DNA of 64,000 nucleotides from Marsupella aquatica. Taxonomy: Eukaryota > Plantae > Marchantiophyta. The DNA is taken from the NCBI GenBank assembly GCA_973895155.1, contig OZ316895.1:3459659-3523658 (forward strand). Reading direction: 5' to 3'. The translations under genes were made by a program, and so were the position numbers. The notes beneath the pieces are model-generated. The model ran no database searches. It saw only the letters and a list, made by a program, of their open reading frames with translations, and had not been told where the DNA came from. Positions 50,001 through 64,000 of the stretch are shown one piece after another (positions within the stretch are counted from its first letter, which is position 1; every line of letters starts with the position of its first letter).

Positions 50001-53000
50001 CGAGTCTAGGCTGTCGGCCTTAGAGATGTGCTTTCGAAAAATTCAAAAGGCTTCTTCGAAGTTTCGCTGAAATAGGCTTCGTGTGCTCACCAACCGAGAG
50101 AGAACAACTGGCAGTACGGTGATTCCATAGCCCGGAGGCCCCGGACGAGTTGCTTGGCTTGGCAGTCTGTCAACTCTCTTTTTGCTTCCCCGGCTTTTTG
50201 AATCAGTGCTCTGCTGCACTGGCCTACCTCCTCGGAAAGGATAGTATCGTGCTGTACTGGACTTGATTGAACTTAACTGAACCAGTTGAGCGAATCCTCG
50301 ATCGGTAGTACTGTAGATATATGTTCGATCCGTTCCATTGAGTTCCGTTCCGATCCGTTTCGTTCAGTTTCTTTCCTGACATACCTTTCCTGGAATCCAT
50401 GTTGGGCAGTGAGTCTCATTGATGTTGGTCGGGAGCACTCCAGATATATCTGTTGTCGGCACCGTCGTCGGATAATTCACTCGAACAAGTTACAGCCGAG
50501 AAATCTGGTCAATTGGTGGCAATGAACTTAAACCTGGGTGACCAAGTCTGTTGGGATTTTTGTCCACGTTTCTCACTTCTGAATCGTGTAAGCTTTTTGC
50601 AGTCCAGTCAGGTTTTGATTGGGTCATCTGAAATTTAGTAATCGTTCATCCGCTTTCGAATAGACAATTGAAACTACAGAACAGCAACCAGACAGCAGAG
50701 TAGAGGGCGGGCGACGAAATCTACTTCGTTTTGATGCGCTTTTCGAATGGGCAGGTGAAATGGAACAGCAGACACAGCAGAGTAGAGAGGGCGGGGCAAA
50801 GTTGCATTTGTAATGATTGAACAGACCTGCCAGACATGAGAAACTTGGGAACTCCCAACGGATAATGGAATGCAGTTTCTGTCATCTGGGGATAGGAACC
50901 TAAGACATAAATAGTACATCTACTTACAAATTCTCCTTCTCCAATTTCATTGTGGTTATGGCTGGGTAGCTTAGACAAAGGAGGCTAGAAATTCACCATC
51001 AGCCTACCAAGGGCTTGTCCACGTGGGAACTCACGACGTCGTCCAGACTTACTCAGAGGAGAAGGATCTATCCCAATTCCTAAATGTGGACACAGTAATA
51101 CATATTTTAGGACCCTTACCATAAAAGCGAGGTCAATTGGGGAAACCGGTTACGTCATCGTACAAATGTGGCCTTTCGCTCTTCATTAGTATTAAATCCT
51201 GCACAATCAAATACTGAAATCTGCAGCAAAGGCAGGCGATGTAACACTCCAGGGAAGAGGAGACAGCGAGGTGGAGCGAAATTCTGGCTTGCGCAAGGTT
51301 GGTGTCTTGTTTACCGTCGGAGGACTCAGTCTGAATGTCATACTATTGTTGTCGCACCCTCCAAGTGCACTACATATGCCTCAAACTGCCAAAAAAAACA
51401 AGACACCCAACTGGGAGGCACGATCCTAGGGCACTTATGTCAATTATAAACAAAAATTGAAATAGAGGAGAGTGTATGTGACGCGCAGATGTAGTGAGAG
51501 TGGGTCAAGTCTGGAGTACAAGAAGGTGGGAGCCATCTTTGCTGAAGGACCGAGTCTAAGTGGGCAGAAGGAGTGAGTTTGGGATAATGTCTGGATTACA
51601 ATATGATGGGAGCCATGAGTTCGTGAGTCTAAGTGGGAAGTCTAACTCAGTACGTTGTTGGGCCTTTCATGTACACTTCTGTGACAGTTTATTGCGACTT
51701 GTCCAATTACTCGACTGTCCCTTTGAGTCAGGAGAGCTGAAGTTTCTTACAAGGACCTTTTTCATGGGGAGCCTTGCTGGCTAGCTTCCATCACCTTTCA
51801 TCAGAATGCTGAGGGTATGACAGGTTCATGTCCACATGCCTCATGTGCGAAGCCATGGTGGCCCCTCCTCCATTATTGCGCCAACTTGGACTTGCTAACG
51901 ATCTTCTTCTCGAAATCAGAAGTGTTTCCCTTCCACATTCCGAACTTCTGGTCACTTCTGGTCTTAAGAAACGTTGCTCGGATCTGATAGCTGCGAGTTC
52001 ACAGCGCCAGACTAATAAGTGTATTGGGATTGTTTGTTCGTTCTGTTAAGATCACGACAGTCGAAATCCCGCTTGCGAGGGATAGCTCTGACACTTTAGA
52101 GAGGTGATGTAAAGATTTTGATGAACAGTTCGCTTTTCTCCTGTCCCAATGTTCTCGCATCTCAGAGCTCTTAACACTCCCTCATCTACAAGTTTTAAGG
52201 GTAAGTCCCAAAACCTTCGGTACCATTGAAAAGATAAGAGTAACGATGTGAGGTTTAAGGGTATGTCCAAGACCTTCGGTACCATTGAAAAGATAAAAAT
52301 AGTAATGATGCGTTCGATGCACGAGATTGCTATGTTAAACAATGCTGGGCCGCGGGGGTGGGGAATGCCCTGAGTTCATGAGTTGGGTTAGACATCCGAA
52401 ACCTTTCCTCTTTAGAGACTGCATATTCACTGGAGTCATCACCAAAATGACAGGCTCTCCAGAGAGGAAAATAGACCAAAAAAAGCCAAAGGGAACTCAC
52501 CGTATCAAGTATCGTAATGCATGATGCTGAGATAATATAATCGGAAAAATGGCTTATACACGGATGGAACCTCTGAATAAGGTCCGATCATGGAATATAC
52601 ACCTGGTTTGAGTCTCCCAGGAGAGAAATTGCTGCTTTATCTCTGCCGAGGATGTCATTCATATACAAACGAACCAAGCTTAACCTGCCTCCCCTTCCTT
52701 CCTGCCTGACTTCTAATCGTCAACCAGTGTCTCACTACTGTAAAAAACATTTGCTACACTTTCTAAATTACGAAAAATGCCTCATTTGTAGATGGCATTG
52801 CAGCAGCTGCGGCACCCTTCCCTCTCTTGAACATACATTGTATGATCCTAGTAGAACTCGAACACCTTCGGGATGTATACTCCAGCTCGCAATTGAAATC
52901 GTGCTCCTCATGAGAGCATTGGATTGTTCCAGAGGAATCACACCACAGGGCCAGGACGTTGACGTTACTGCTTCAGAATGGCACATTGCATAATTTCGCG

Positions 53001-53526
53001 CACACACTGATGCCCAGGAGAACAAAACGATCACAGCTGAATTACTGGTCCAATTCGGATGCCTTGACTAGCTACAACTCTGGATCCCAGGAGCACACAC
53101 CATAAGACCAAGGGTGAAGCTCCTGCTCTGCAACGGCAAGCTACTCCCTTCCAGCCCATACATTGATTCGCTCTAATTTAGGTATTGTCAGTCTCTATCA
53201 GGGTTAACCCCAGTGATATGAACTACGCCAACTAGGGCTTTGATGTGGTCCACCATCACGGAAAAATATGTAGAAAGCACCTTGAAAATGTACTTAGACC
53301 GACCACTGCACGAGATTCGACCAGGGCTGGAAAAGTTAGCTCCTCTCCTATTTACAATAGCCCAGTCTCGATGGAATAGAGGAGCTCCCAAGAATGATTG
53401 TTGGCTGCCTGTTGCAGCATGGCAAAATAAATACAGAACCTAACCTTTCGCTTAGGTCAGAAAAATGGGCAAGGACCTCAGGTGTGCAGAGCTTGGTAAG
53501 ACTGATGTGATCTGCAGATAGTCTTT

Positions 53527-56500
53527 TTATGCTCTTCCAAACGGAGAAGATGGAGGATCTGGGCAGACCAGCTTGTAGCTCACCAGGCCCCTGGACACGG
53601 AAGGATCTTCGGTCTGTCTGGAGAAGGATCTCGAAGCTGGAACTACTTTCACTGGAATACGAGTCAGTCTCTTCTTCGTCTCTCCTGTTTTCTTCGAAGA
53701 AATGACCGGATCTCTACTATGTAGAACTGCTACGGCAGTGGCGAAGGCGTGGAGGGGAGAGATTGGAGCCTGGAATCCCAAAGAATAACAGCCTTCCTTC
53801 AAAGGCGTCAAAGCCATGCCAACCGTTTCTTGTTTTTTTCCCTGACCAAATTTGACAAAACACACAAATCAGATGAAAGGAAATGTCTACACCACCAAGG
53901 GAGTTACTCTTTACGAACTGTGAGAGGTATTCTGATGGAGAGCAAATTACCTCAACAAATAATCGCAAAGCATCATCTCGCAGTTGGCCTTTCACTGGAG
54001 CTTCCACACTGTCCCTGACATTCTGATTGCAGACAATAGTCAAACCACAGCCCAAATCCCAGCTGCCGCAATCACACTTGCCCCCAGCCCTCCACCTGTC
54101 GATCAGAGGCTGAGGACCATCAATACCATTTGCACTGCATCCATGCTCACCAGATGGCAGAACGAGGGTAATGTTCAATCCCCCATTGCTCTGCTCGTCG
54201 GCAGAACTGCTCTCAAATCGTTGATCCGTAGAACTTCTGTTGCTTTCCATTGAACTTCTGCTGCCAGGACTCTTGTCCTTTGAACTGGGAGAATCTCCAG
54301 TAGAAGCTGCGCCATGATCTGGCGAACTGAAACTCTTCGAGCCATCAAAGCTCTTCCTGAGAAAATTAATACCCCAACCCCACTTATCCCCAGATGGAGC
54401 TGCCTTACCCTGAGACTTCTCTAAAAGAGTCCTGACCACTACCGCGGCAATCTCACTCTGAGGCAGAGCCAGCGCTGCACCTGTACCCCGAAATTCCAAG
54501 TCATCCGCTGTCTCTGAGTCACTCATGCTGCTCTCAGGAAACCCAGAGTTAGTGCTACTTTTGTTTCTTGGATGCAAAGGACTCGTCACGTTCATATGCC
54601 TCTCAAGTTGCTTCACACGAGAAGCGCCATTCGGTAATAATACACCAGGAATGCTCAATTGACGAGTGGGAAGTGTAGCTCCGGCTGCATCACTCGCTGG
54701 AGTACTACAAAGTCCTCCGGAGGGTGATGGCAAGCTGAAGTGGGTAGAACTAGGAGAAGAGAAAGACGGGGAAGCACCCTGCTGAGGAGATCTGTGGGGG
54801 GTTGCCGTGTCCCAAGACGAGATACTCGACCTGGGGTAAGGGCTGGTAGAGGTAGGACCAGAGATCGAGATGTCCTTGACTTTGGCATCGAACAATACGA
54901 ACTCTGACTCAACATAGTTTTGCATGCCGTTGGAGCTCAACACAGGACAAATCGAGGATGTGACCGTCATATTTCCTGCAAAGTCCGAACCAGGCTTCTC
55001 CCTTTTTCCCCACTGCCTCCACCCAGACTTCCCCTTCCCTTTCCCTTTGTAGGAATGGAAAGTGTAAACGTGGGAAACTCCCTCCTGAAGCCCTGCGTCG
55101 ATCCTCAGACTCTTAGCCACAAATATCTCCTCAGTCTCATCCATAATCAGACTGTAGCTCGGAAGCCCATCTCGGCTAATTACGCACTGCATTCTCCCAC
55201 ATTTGAGCATAGCTGCGGGAAGAGTGATGGATGAAGATGACGAGCTTGAAGCCAACTGGGGCCCGAGGTTGGAGAACAGAGGGGGTCTTCCCAGACTTCG
55301 TTTGGCAGTAGGTAGCAATCTCACGCCCTTCAGAACTGGGCCAAAGGGTCTGCATAAAACCTCCAACTCCAGAGCCAAGCTCTTGGGAACGGGGGGTTGT
55401 TTAGCAAGAGCTGATGTTACAGCCTTAGAGCCTGCCTGTGCACCGAAGCTGACAGATCTCTTCCTGGGCGAGGCACCTGCCTTGACGGCTGTGTGCTTCA
55501 AGGAGGTGGCAGAGAAGGAGACTTTGGCTGTTGGGGTGGATGGTCGTTTCACTGCTCTAGCAGCTGTTGCTGCTGAAGCCGATTCTCCTCCCTTGCCATA
55601 AATCGCAGCCCATGATGCTATAATAGAGTCTCTGGACTCCCTCTGCGCCTGGACAGTGCTGCTACTGTTAAATGAGCTAGTTTCCGCCCTCTTCATTGAA
55701 GAGGTGTCCATCCCTGTACTCCTACTGAAACCATGTTGGCTCTTTCCTAGCCCAAAAGTTCTTGATTCCCCCCTGGTGTTGGGGTGATCCCCGCCCTTCA
55801 AAGGAGGGCTTGACCCGATTCTATCCCGTTCGGCATTCTCTCTCTCTGCAAGAGCTCTCAGAGCCTGCACTGGTTTCATGGCTTCCTTCTCCGACCAGAG
55901 CCATTCGATGCACGCCGCAGTCACCTTAGTAGGAGTCTCTTTCTGCTCGGGAATAAGAGATGACTGAGACTTGTGCCGGAGAGTCGGAACAGCAGTGAAG
56001 GCTAGATGATGGCTGAGGACGGATCCCAGACTTCGGGTTTTCCTCGAGGCCCCTTGAATCTTCTTATTCGGTGACTTGCTCGGTGACCTTGAAGTGCTCT
56101 TCTTCTCCTCACTGCACAATTTCGAAGCGGCCAACGCAGCAGAAGTGCTCCCCGACAAATAGTCTGAACGAGAAAGTAAAGCAGATCCTGCTCCTGCTCC
56201 AACTATACCTTCAGCATCCGTGAAGGGATCTTGACCCTTGACGCCTGCAGACAAAGAAGTCGATGGGGGAGGAAGAGTAGATGGTTGAGGAAAAGAGGAG
56301 TCCACGTCATAGTAGTGGTGATCCGAGCCCCACTCCTCAGTTCCCCGGTCCTCGGCAAAGTTACTAGCATTATCCTCGTCAAAGAATATGGTGTCGGTCT
56401 CTCTTGTAAGAATGAGATTTCCTTGATGGTCAATAGTACTTGAACTGTGGGTTCCTGACCAGTCCGAATCGTTGGAGCTGTCAAAGAAACTCTCGCTATC

Positions 56501-57679
56501 CGGTGACTTAGCGGCAGCTCCCTCGGTGCTCCTCTGCTCGGTGTTGTCGATTATCTTCGTGCTACCCTCCAAATCATTGCTTTCCACCATTTTCCCATCG
56601 AGGAAATTGAACTCGAAGAAAGTACCAGTGCCATTTTTGTTGACTAACTCCTTGCCTAAAGGAACAGGGGAATCCAATTTGTCGACTGTGTCTAAGATAT
56701 CAAACTCTACGAACTGCTCCTCTCCAGTTCTCTCAATAGTGAACCCAGAAGGGTAATGTCCCACAGCAGAAAGAGGATTGAGGCCACTAGACATAGCATA
56801 TAGATAAGACAAGTTGAAGCTGGAAGAGGACAAGTCAGTTTTGGCGAAAGAGGTTCCTTCACTCCCATAGGAAAAGGAGGACGACTCGAGGGTGGAGGTC
56901 ATAGACGAAGTGTCACTTCCAGTGGGTGAATGGAAGATTCCCCGACGTGTAGAAGAGCGTTTGCTGCCACCCTTGCTGTGGTTGTGGCACTCGTACTGCG
57001 TCCATTTCCTGTTGCCCAAGAGATTCCAATCTTCCACTCCGAATCGGAACGCTCGCTCCTCAAATGTCTCAACTTTGATACAATCGTGCTTCCCTGTCAA
57101 AGACGTCGACAGGGCCTCGGGCTTGACTTCGCCAATCCACTGATCCTTGCCACAGAGTGCATCCCCTCCAGAAGGAACCTCCGAGAGAACATAACTGTCC
57201 ACAGTTTTATCGAAATTGTACTCAAACGTATCGCCTGAATTGCAGTGCCTGGTATGACTGATTGATCCTTTCAGTGCTCCGGGAGCCTTGTCGTGCCTCT
57301 TCTTCTCCAGTGCCTCGGGAGTTTTGAATCTGGAGATGGTGTAGTTCGGGGGTATACGGTGACCAACATACTCTTCATCCCACATGGCACGCTCCACCAT
57401 GACATCACGTCTCGAACTATTAGTTTCCTGCTTCTTCTTCTTCTCCAAGCTATCAGGAGTTCTCACCCGGGATATCTTAAAGTTAGGAGGTAGCTCATGC
57501 CCAAAGAACTCCTCATCCCACATCGCCTTCACACTAGGATCATCACATCCATCCATGAACGACAGTGACTTGACGACACCACCTCCGGGAATTGATGGAG
57601 GCATCATCCTGAAAGAGGACACTTTCCCTACTCCGCCTTCCGTCTTCATTAGACCATGCGAACGATCAACTTCACGCAT
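53527..57679 (-). CDS. DUF3527 domain protein, ~1347 aa, 2 coding exons (57679-53951, 53841-53527)
   Basis: GLPSYSL, VYTFH, ESEFVLF, EIAAVVV, LVLPSGEHG, PLIDRWRAGGKCDCGSWDLGC, YSLGFQAPISPLHAFATAVAVLH. Phase-0 intron 53950-53842. Acceptor near 57718 implies 5'UTR intron(s). Confidence 0.9.
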
Positions 57680-60199
57680 CGCACACGACAGGTGGGGACC
57701 ACTTTCTGTTCAACAACTGCAAAGAGGAGAAGAAGACACGAATTAGAATGAATCACTAATCATCGCCTCATGCTTGCTGACGATACGAAAACATTCCTCT
57801 CCACACTCACTGCTATCATCACTCAGAAAAAGGCTACGTGCAAAGGATATTGACACCACCACTGGCTACTGCTTTCCCGCGTGAGCTAAACGACCGGTGA
57901 ACATTCACTCTTAACGCAACTCAAAGTAAGGCGAGCAAAATTCGATGGCTCTAGCTCCAGACTCTCCCAAAGAATTAGGGAAACATGTCATCCCTCGGTT
58001 CACAAAGCTGAACGTTGAAGTGAACAGAGTGCAAAGGCTAAACGAGAGACCAATTTCAGCCAAGACATGGCCCACAGAGAGGTCACCGATGAGACAAGGG
58101 TAGGGAAAAGGTTACTGGAATACGGACGAGAGGTCACGAATGTTCGGGAGGGCTAGATAGTACTTTAAGCTATGTAAGCTGATGTGAGACAACCTCACCA
58201 TAGCGTACTTCTGTACTCGAGCACCACAATCATGAAATCGAAGGTCCCAGCTGGACAAGTGACTCAGCAATGATGAGCTGTGGGACACTTCACTTTCCTG
58301 ACGACAGATCCCAGGAAGTTCGGACGAAAAGAGGATAGCAGGACTGGAAAGCAAGGAAGCGAAAGAAGGGTGAAAAAATGCGAGACATAGAACAGTTGAC
58401 TGAGCAACTGAGCCTTCGTACAAACAAATGAGGGAAACGCCGATACAAGTAGCAGGCAAAGCAGAAACGAAACACTGACCGGACGGAAGCTGCACTCACA
58501 TTTATTCGACTAAAGCAGAATCAGCGATGAAGTAATCGAGTAATACCTCCAATTCAAAACAGATGTTCAATTCGTGATGCAGCTGCCCCCGTGCTCCAAT
58601 CCGTCAAGTCTGCTCCCATTCTACTACACTACCGAAATGCCAGCTATCGTTCTCAGTTTCTCTGCTACTTAGGTACCACATCATCTCCAGGTCACAAAAC
58701 CCACGAACCACCTCCGCCAATTCGCTCCTTCAGTAATTTGGGCTACCCAAACCACCTACCCAATAAACCTCCGTTCACTTTCATGGATTCCTCCTCCCTC
58801 GTATAGGACATGTGAAAGCTGCTGCAAGACTTCGCGAATCAACGATGACCACCTTTAGTGGACAACAATGCTGCTCCCCGATTGTGAAGTGTAGATTGGC
58901 AGATCTTGTTTACATCAGAATTCCTACGTAACAACAGACAACAGAAGTTAAGAGAAATCCATAGCCCAAATCCTAGCATATTTAAACAAACCTTACATAT
59001 ACTCTCGACAACCAGGAACAACAGAAGTTACAGGCGGATGCATGGACTCAACTTGGCTTACAGTATTCTGCTATCACTATGCACTAGGATCCAAATGTGG
59101 AGTATCCCCAGTCTCTTTTCCTGTTCCCTTCTCTCTCGTTATCCTCCTCTTCAGACTATACAGTACAGCCCTCCATTGACCTCAAATTTTCGTCTCGCAG
59201 CGTACATACTCACCCTCCTCTCCATACTCGACTGGGGACAACAGTTGAGCTTCGTGACGTCGCTCACGACCCAACTACTGTATCTGTGGCAGTCAGCTAG
59301 CGAATAGCGCACATAACAGAAAGGGAAGGTTGCGGCGCCTGATTACAACAGATCAAACTGCTGCTCATCAGCTGATGACTCCCCTCCCTTGTCATCCGAA
59401 TCCGGCGTTTCATAGGGGACAAGCCAGCAAGCCAGCCAATCAACCAACGACCGAGCTAGCCGTGATCAAAGCGATAGCAGCGGCATAGGGGTCTCCATGG
59501 AATGAAGGGGAGAGAAAGAACGCACAAATACGAAAGATTTCCCAGTAATGTTTGGGATGATATGTGATCACTCCAGTTGATTGACCCAGCTCACAAAACA
59601 ACCATCCTACATCACCCTATGTACTATCAGAAAGAAGTTCCGTCTGGTACCCTTCCCTTCCCCTTCTTCTGGGATCAACATCGGACCAGGTCCCAGTCGC
59701 AGCAGCCATGTGGCAGGTCCGTCGGAAAGCATCCGAGCAACCACGCAGTAGAGCGCTTCCGAGGCACGAGAGGCACGAGAGGCACGAGAGGCACGGGAGA
59801 AAAGGGACTGGAGAGAGAGAGAAATGGGGAAGTACACGAAGAAGGAAGGGAAGCACGGAGGCAGTGAGAAAGGCGTGAAGCGAAAGGAAGAACCTTTTGT
59901 GGCGCAGCAGGATCTGGTGGTGCAGCAACAGCAGTAGCAATCAACCCGGCCGAGCTGCGAAAGGCGGGGAGCGGAGACGCCGGAGTGCCGGACCGAGCAT
60001 GAACCAACAAATTCCGTCATGCATGCTACGATGCTGATGCTGGTACTACAGCTGCTCACAATGTGCTAATGTTCATCTCCCTCCTCCCACCTCTCCTCCC
60101 TCACTCCTCGCGTCGCCTCCTCCTTCCTGTGCGTCGTTCGTTCGCTTGGTTGCGTCGGCACAGCGTGGGATCGGATCACACAATACCCACCTCACGCGA

Positions 60200-60730
60200 C
60201 CCGAATGCACTCCATTGCACTGCGCTACACTAAACCGCAGAGCTCAGCCCAGCCCAGCACTGCACTGCACTGCACTCTTCACTGGAATCGAAATGTCCCT
60301 TCCTAGCTCGTGGTCGTCGGTCTTACGACATCACATCGAGTGCGTACGAGGGAGGAATTAGGACGGAACATAGCCAGGACGACGACGATTCGACGGAAGG
60401 AGGCGGGGCTGGCATGGACTGGTGAGAATCAGTGAGCTACACACAAACTCAAAGTAAGGCGAGCAAAATTCGTGCTTGTTGGAACAGGACAGGATACTAG
60501 TGCATGGGGAGGGAAGGAGAGGGGAGAGGAGAGGAGAGGAGGGGAGGGGAAAGAGAGTTGTTGGACTGATTGGCCAAGGGTAGCGGAGGCCATCGAGGGG
60601 CTGCCTTCCAACAGCAAGCCGACGAGAACAGACCAAACCTGTCCCCTTCGGGCCGGTGACCGGAAAGTCTGGCTCCTGGGCCTGGGTGGGGCCAATGGCC
60701 TGGCCTGGCCTGGCCTGGCTTGGCCTGACC
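60200..60730. repeat. Microsatellite-rich segment (GCACT, GGAGA, CTGGC repeats) upstream of the DUF3527 gene
   Basis: Short pentanucleotide runs at ~60257-60276, 60522-60545 and 60696-60727. Confidence 0.7.
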
Positions 60731-63700
60731 TCACCGCCGGAAGGAGGCACTTCTGTGAGGGGCCAGGTGGGCGTGCAGACCAGTACAACCTTCGGTCCTT
60801 GGCCCCTGCCATCCCAAGCCAAGCCCTGTCAGGACGTTAGGAGGGTGAGAACATCTCAAGTAGTGTAGGTTTTGGTGCTTCTAACAGATCCCTCTGCGCC
60901 ACATTTTTATGGGGTTTATTATTGAACTCCACAATGCATTTTTATGGGGTTTATTATTATTGAACTCCATATAGCATGCTCACCTTGGAACATGTTTTAT
61001 TTTTTGTCTTGTAATGATCTAAAAGTAAATAAAATATGAGAACATAGAAGTGCTGTTATATAAATAAAGAGTATGCCAAGAAAAACGCACTGACCAAGAA
61101 AAGGTACAGTCAAATGATGTTACGATGTGTGCACTTAACTCAGGGTGCCTTATGAACACTCATTTCAATAAAAACCATAAACCTAAGAAAAAAAACATGA
61201 AGAGAACTTAAGAGGCTATGCATTCATGTTCTTCAGCATCATTTCTCTCACTCGTGGTGGTGGAATCTTTGGTTTCATCTCTAAGAAAACACATATTGTG
61301 AAAGGGGGCTGCCAAAATAAGTTCAAAACACTCTAGAATACCTAAAACTAAAGGGGTCTAAAAATTAATTAAAAATATATAGAATACAAAGGCTGCCCCT
61401 TGATAAAGCAGATTGAAATGAAAATATATGACACAAAAATTTGAATAAGACAAAATCTGAAATGTGCATTCACCATATAGCACCTTCATAAAAGGGGTTT
61501 ATTATTATTGAACTCCACAATGCTTTTCAGTTTTCTGCTCACTTAGGTTTTTTGCTTCTCCTTTATTTGTAGACTTTGTGATCTTTTGCATTTGTTAGGG
61601 GCTCTTCACATTTCTGGGGCCTTTTTCCCCGGTGATGTATACATTCCCTTTCCCTTTTTCCTCCCTTTATTGGGTCTCTTGCTGGTTTGACATTTTTTAT
61701 ATTTGGGATTTTGATATCTTGCAGTACCAGATATTAGGATATTTTTCGTGTTCATCTGTACTACAGTAGCTGGTCCATCCAGGCACGTCTTCAAACACAT
61801 AGGTCTATCGGGATTGAAGATGAAAATCTCGTTTTCTATTGTCTATTTAATGAACGCTCTTTTGATTGAGATATATGAGATATTGAGATACTTGAGATAA
61901 TTCCTTACGAGACAAAACAATTACTCCGCCATTAAAAAACACGCCACCCAAACAGCGTAAACGTTATTGGGATTTGGGGGAAAAAGGGTCATTTCGAGAA
62001 AAGGAAAACAGCGTTAAAATCCTCATCGGGTAGTGCAGCGGAGGGGGCGGGCCAGGAGCAGGACTGGCTCACTACTTGGCCCGTCGGCCAGCCAATGAAG
62101 GACAACTCCCAGGTGAAACAGTAAATACGCCCACAAACAGCATAAAACCTCATTAAACTCTCCGTATGCTAGCGATAAATGCCCTTACAGGAGTTACAGC
62201 CCTCCCTCGCCTCGGGCCTGTAAGCATTTAATTTCGGATCGTAAATTGATTCGGCTTACAAGTTAGCCGTATCGTGGCCGTCTATGAATACTTTCAACGA
62301 TTCAGATCTGAGGGGGAGAAAGTGATTCTGCTGCGGGCGGAGTTGACACATTACACTAGCGTACTGTAACGAAACCGCAACAAAACGCATGGTCCCGATC
62401 GCCGGTGTCCCGAAAGCGAAGAGCGTCAATGACGTACGTGTGAGAACACATCTACGGCCATTGTCCCCTCCGACCAATGCTTCGCGCGAGTAACCACCGG
62501 GACCGTTAGATCTTAGAGCGGGGATTGCAATATGGACGACACCTCCGTCGGCTCGAGTATCACCACTGTACATAAAACAATAACTCATCGTTGTCGTAAC
62601 TGTAACTGGCTGGCGTTTAGTACCCCGGTTGATTAGTCGATACGAGCGGATGGGAAAAGTTGTTTGTACTGTGCTGTCGTAGGAACGTAGTTTAGCGGGC
62701 TTCTTGGCATCTTTACAGGGCATCCCACAAACTCCAGGGCCCTGCAAAAGTACTGCAGTTCGTTTCCAGGGCGACCCAACCTGGAACATTCTTGGTCAAA
62801 GTTTTATGTACACATAAACCTTGAGGTATTTGCTTGCTCGACCTCCAAAATGAAATTTGTTACTTGATCGACTGCTCAGGTCTATCAACAGTCCAGATCT
62901 CAGATCAAAAGGTCCATCAACAGTCCAGATTGGGGAAAAGTATGAAGAGGGTTGATTGAGCAAACATTTTTCAGAAGGGGCTCTACTAAACATATATCTC
63001 CCCAAACCTTAGGGGCAAACAGTACCAACAAAATCACTTTCCGGGCCCCAAAGCAAGAAGTTTGCTTGTGCGCTAGTCTGGCACTCCCATGCACATGTTG
63101 AGTCACTCAAAAACTATGGGTGACATACTCTCTGTGACCTTGTCAGCAGCAAAAATGAGTCCCAACTCCCAACCCATCATGTACAGGAGGGAATTGCTCA
63201 AACCTTCACTTTGAAGCATAACTGACTATCATTGCTGGACTTTAGGGGAAATTTCTAATTTTGGTTCTTCTATCACCCATTGTTTTGGGAGAGCGTTGGA
63301 GATGCTCGTAGTTAGAGCCAAGAACATAAGAAACAGGGACACATCAAAGTTCGAGATTGCAATTTGACTTCAACATCTCGTATCATGGGATTCCATCAAT
63401 TTAGTGGGTGCCTTGTATTCTGGACAACTAATATAGAAGTAGGTTTCTATAGATTGCTGGGTTCCGTGTCTGGTGTTGTGTTGGACCAATATGTAGAATC
63501 AAATGAATTGTTCAATCTTTGTTAAATTTTCTTTGGTGATATCGATGTTGGGGTTATCCATGGCATCGTTGGCTTGGATATGCTAGACTTTATATAGGCT
63601 AACAGTAGGCCCTTTTTTTGGCCTCTTGTAGAGTCAATGCGGTGTTGTTCTGCTGCAGTGCCTCTATTGTTGGCCCTCATGTTCTAACGCTGTTGTTGCC

Positions 63701-64000
63701 CTTCAAGAAAAACAAGGATAACTATTTTGGGCCCTACATTTCCGTTGTCCTTCTGATTGACATCACTCGGAACCAGTGTTCCCTCCCGAAGGGGCCAAAA
63801 TCTAGATTGATGACGGCTTTGAGTTGGAGGAAGCCAAACTGCCACATCATATACGTACTATTTGCTGTCTGGAAAACAGACACCACTAGAACTGTGATAC
63901 TAATAAGCTCCTAGAAGGACAAGAGTGTTTATAGGGCAGCGATACCCTAGGCTTGTGTATTAGGTAGATATGAGGGGAATGAGAAGTGAGTCTACTCTTG

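Noticed and set aside
49667-50525. 102-aa ORF and simple repeats suggesting a small gene or pri-miRNA
   Set aside because: No recognisable domain and no long fold-back found by eye.
53717-53950. C-terminal ~77 aa of the 1320-aa ORF
   Set aside because: This is read-through into an intron; the conserved DUF3527 ending is in the spliced exon 53841-53527.
59577-60868. Cluster of overlapping 70-150-aa ORFs
   Set aside because: GC-rich, microsatellite-containing UTR/promoter sequence is naturally poor in stop codons.
62256-62789. 177-aa minus-strand ORF
   Set aside because: No recognisable motifs or splice context; it cannot be supported as a gene.

Overview
Eukaryotic nuclear DNA with GT-AG introns. 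It is most likely from a land plant with flagellated sperm (bryophyte/lycophyte/fern grade), because it carries both plant-specific genes (LOB-domain, DUF3527, plant-type TIM21) and the axonemal gene DRC1. The first ~20 kb is repeat-rich. The standout is an apparently complete 8,201-bp cut-and-paste DNA transposon at 7536-15736. It has 32-bp imperfect TIRs and a 4-bp CCCA target-site duplication, and an empty-site copy of the target lies at ~19090. It encodes two divergent, intact, spliced genes: a ~1099-aa Sola-like/DUF7869 RNase-H-fold transposase, and a ~955-aa protein fusing a ParB/Srx-like domain to a bacterial-type beta-class N6-adenine/N4-cytosine DNA methyltransferase. An array of perfect 20-bp palindromes lies between the two genes, and its TCATGAnnTCATGA core recurs across the element. 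The rest of the window holds Helitron-like ends with minisatellites, a second ParB-like orphan ORF, an LBD gene, a frameshifted NO VEIN/sacsin-like fragment, TIM21, an intronless DRC1, a decayed Ty1/copia element with two nested MITEs, and a large DUF3527 gene. All family calls come from motif recognition by eye; no database searches were run.
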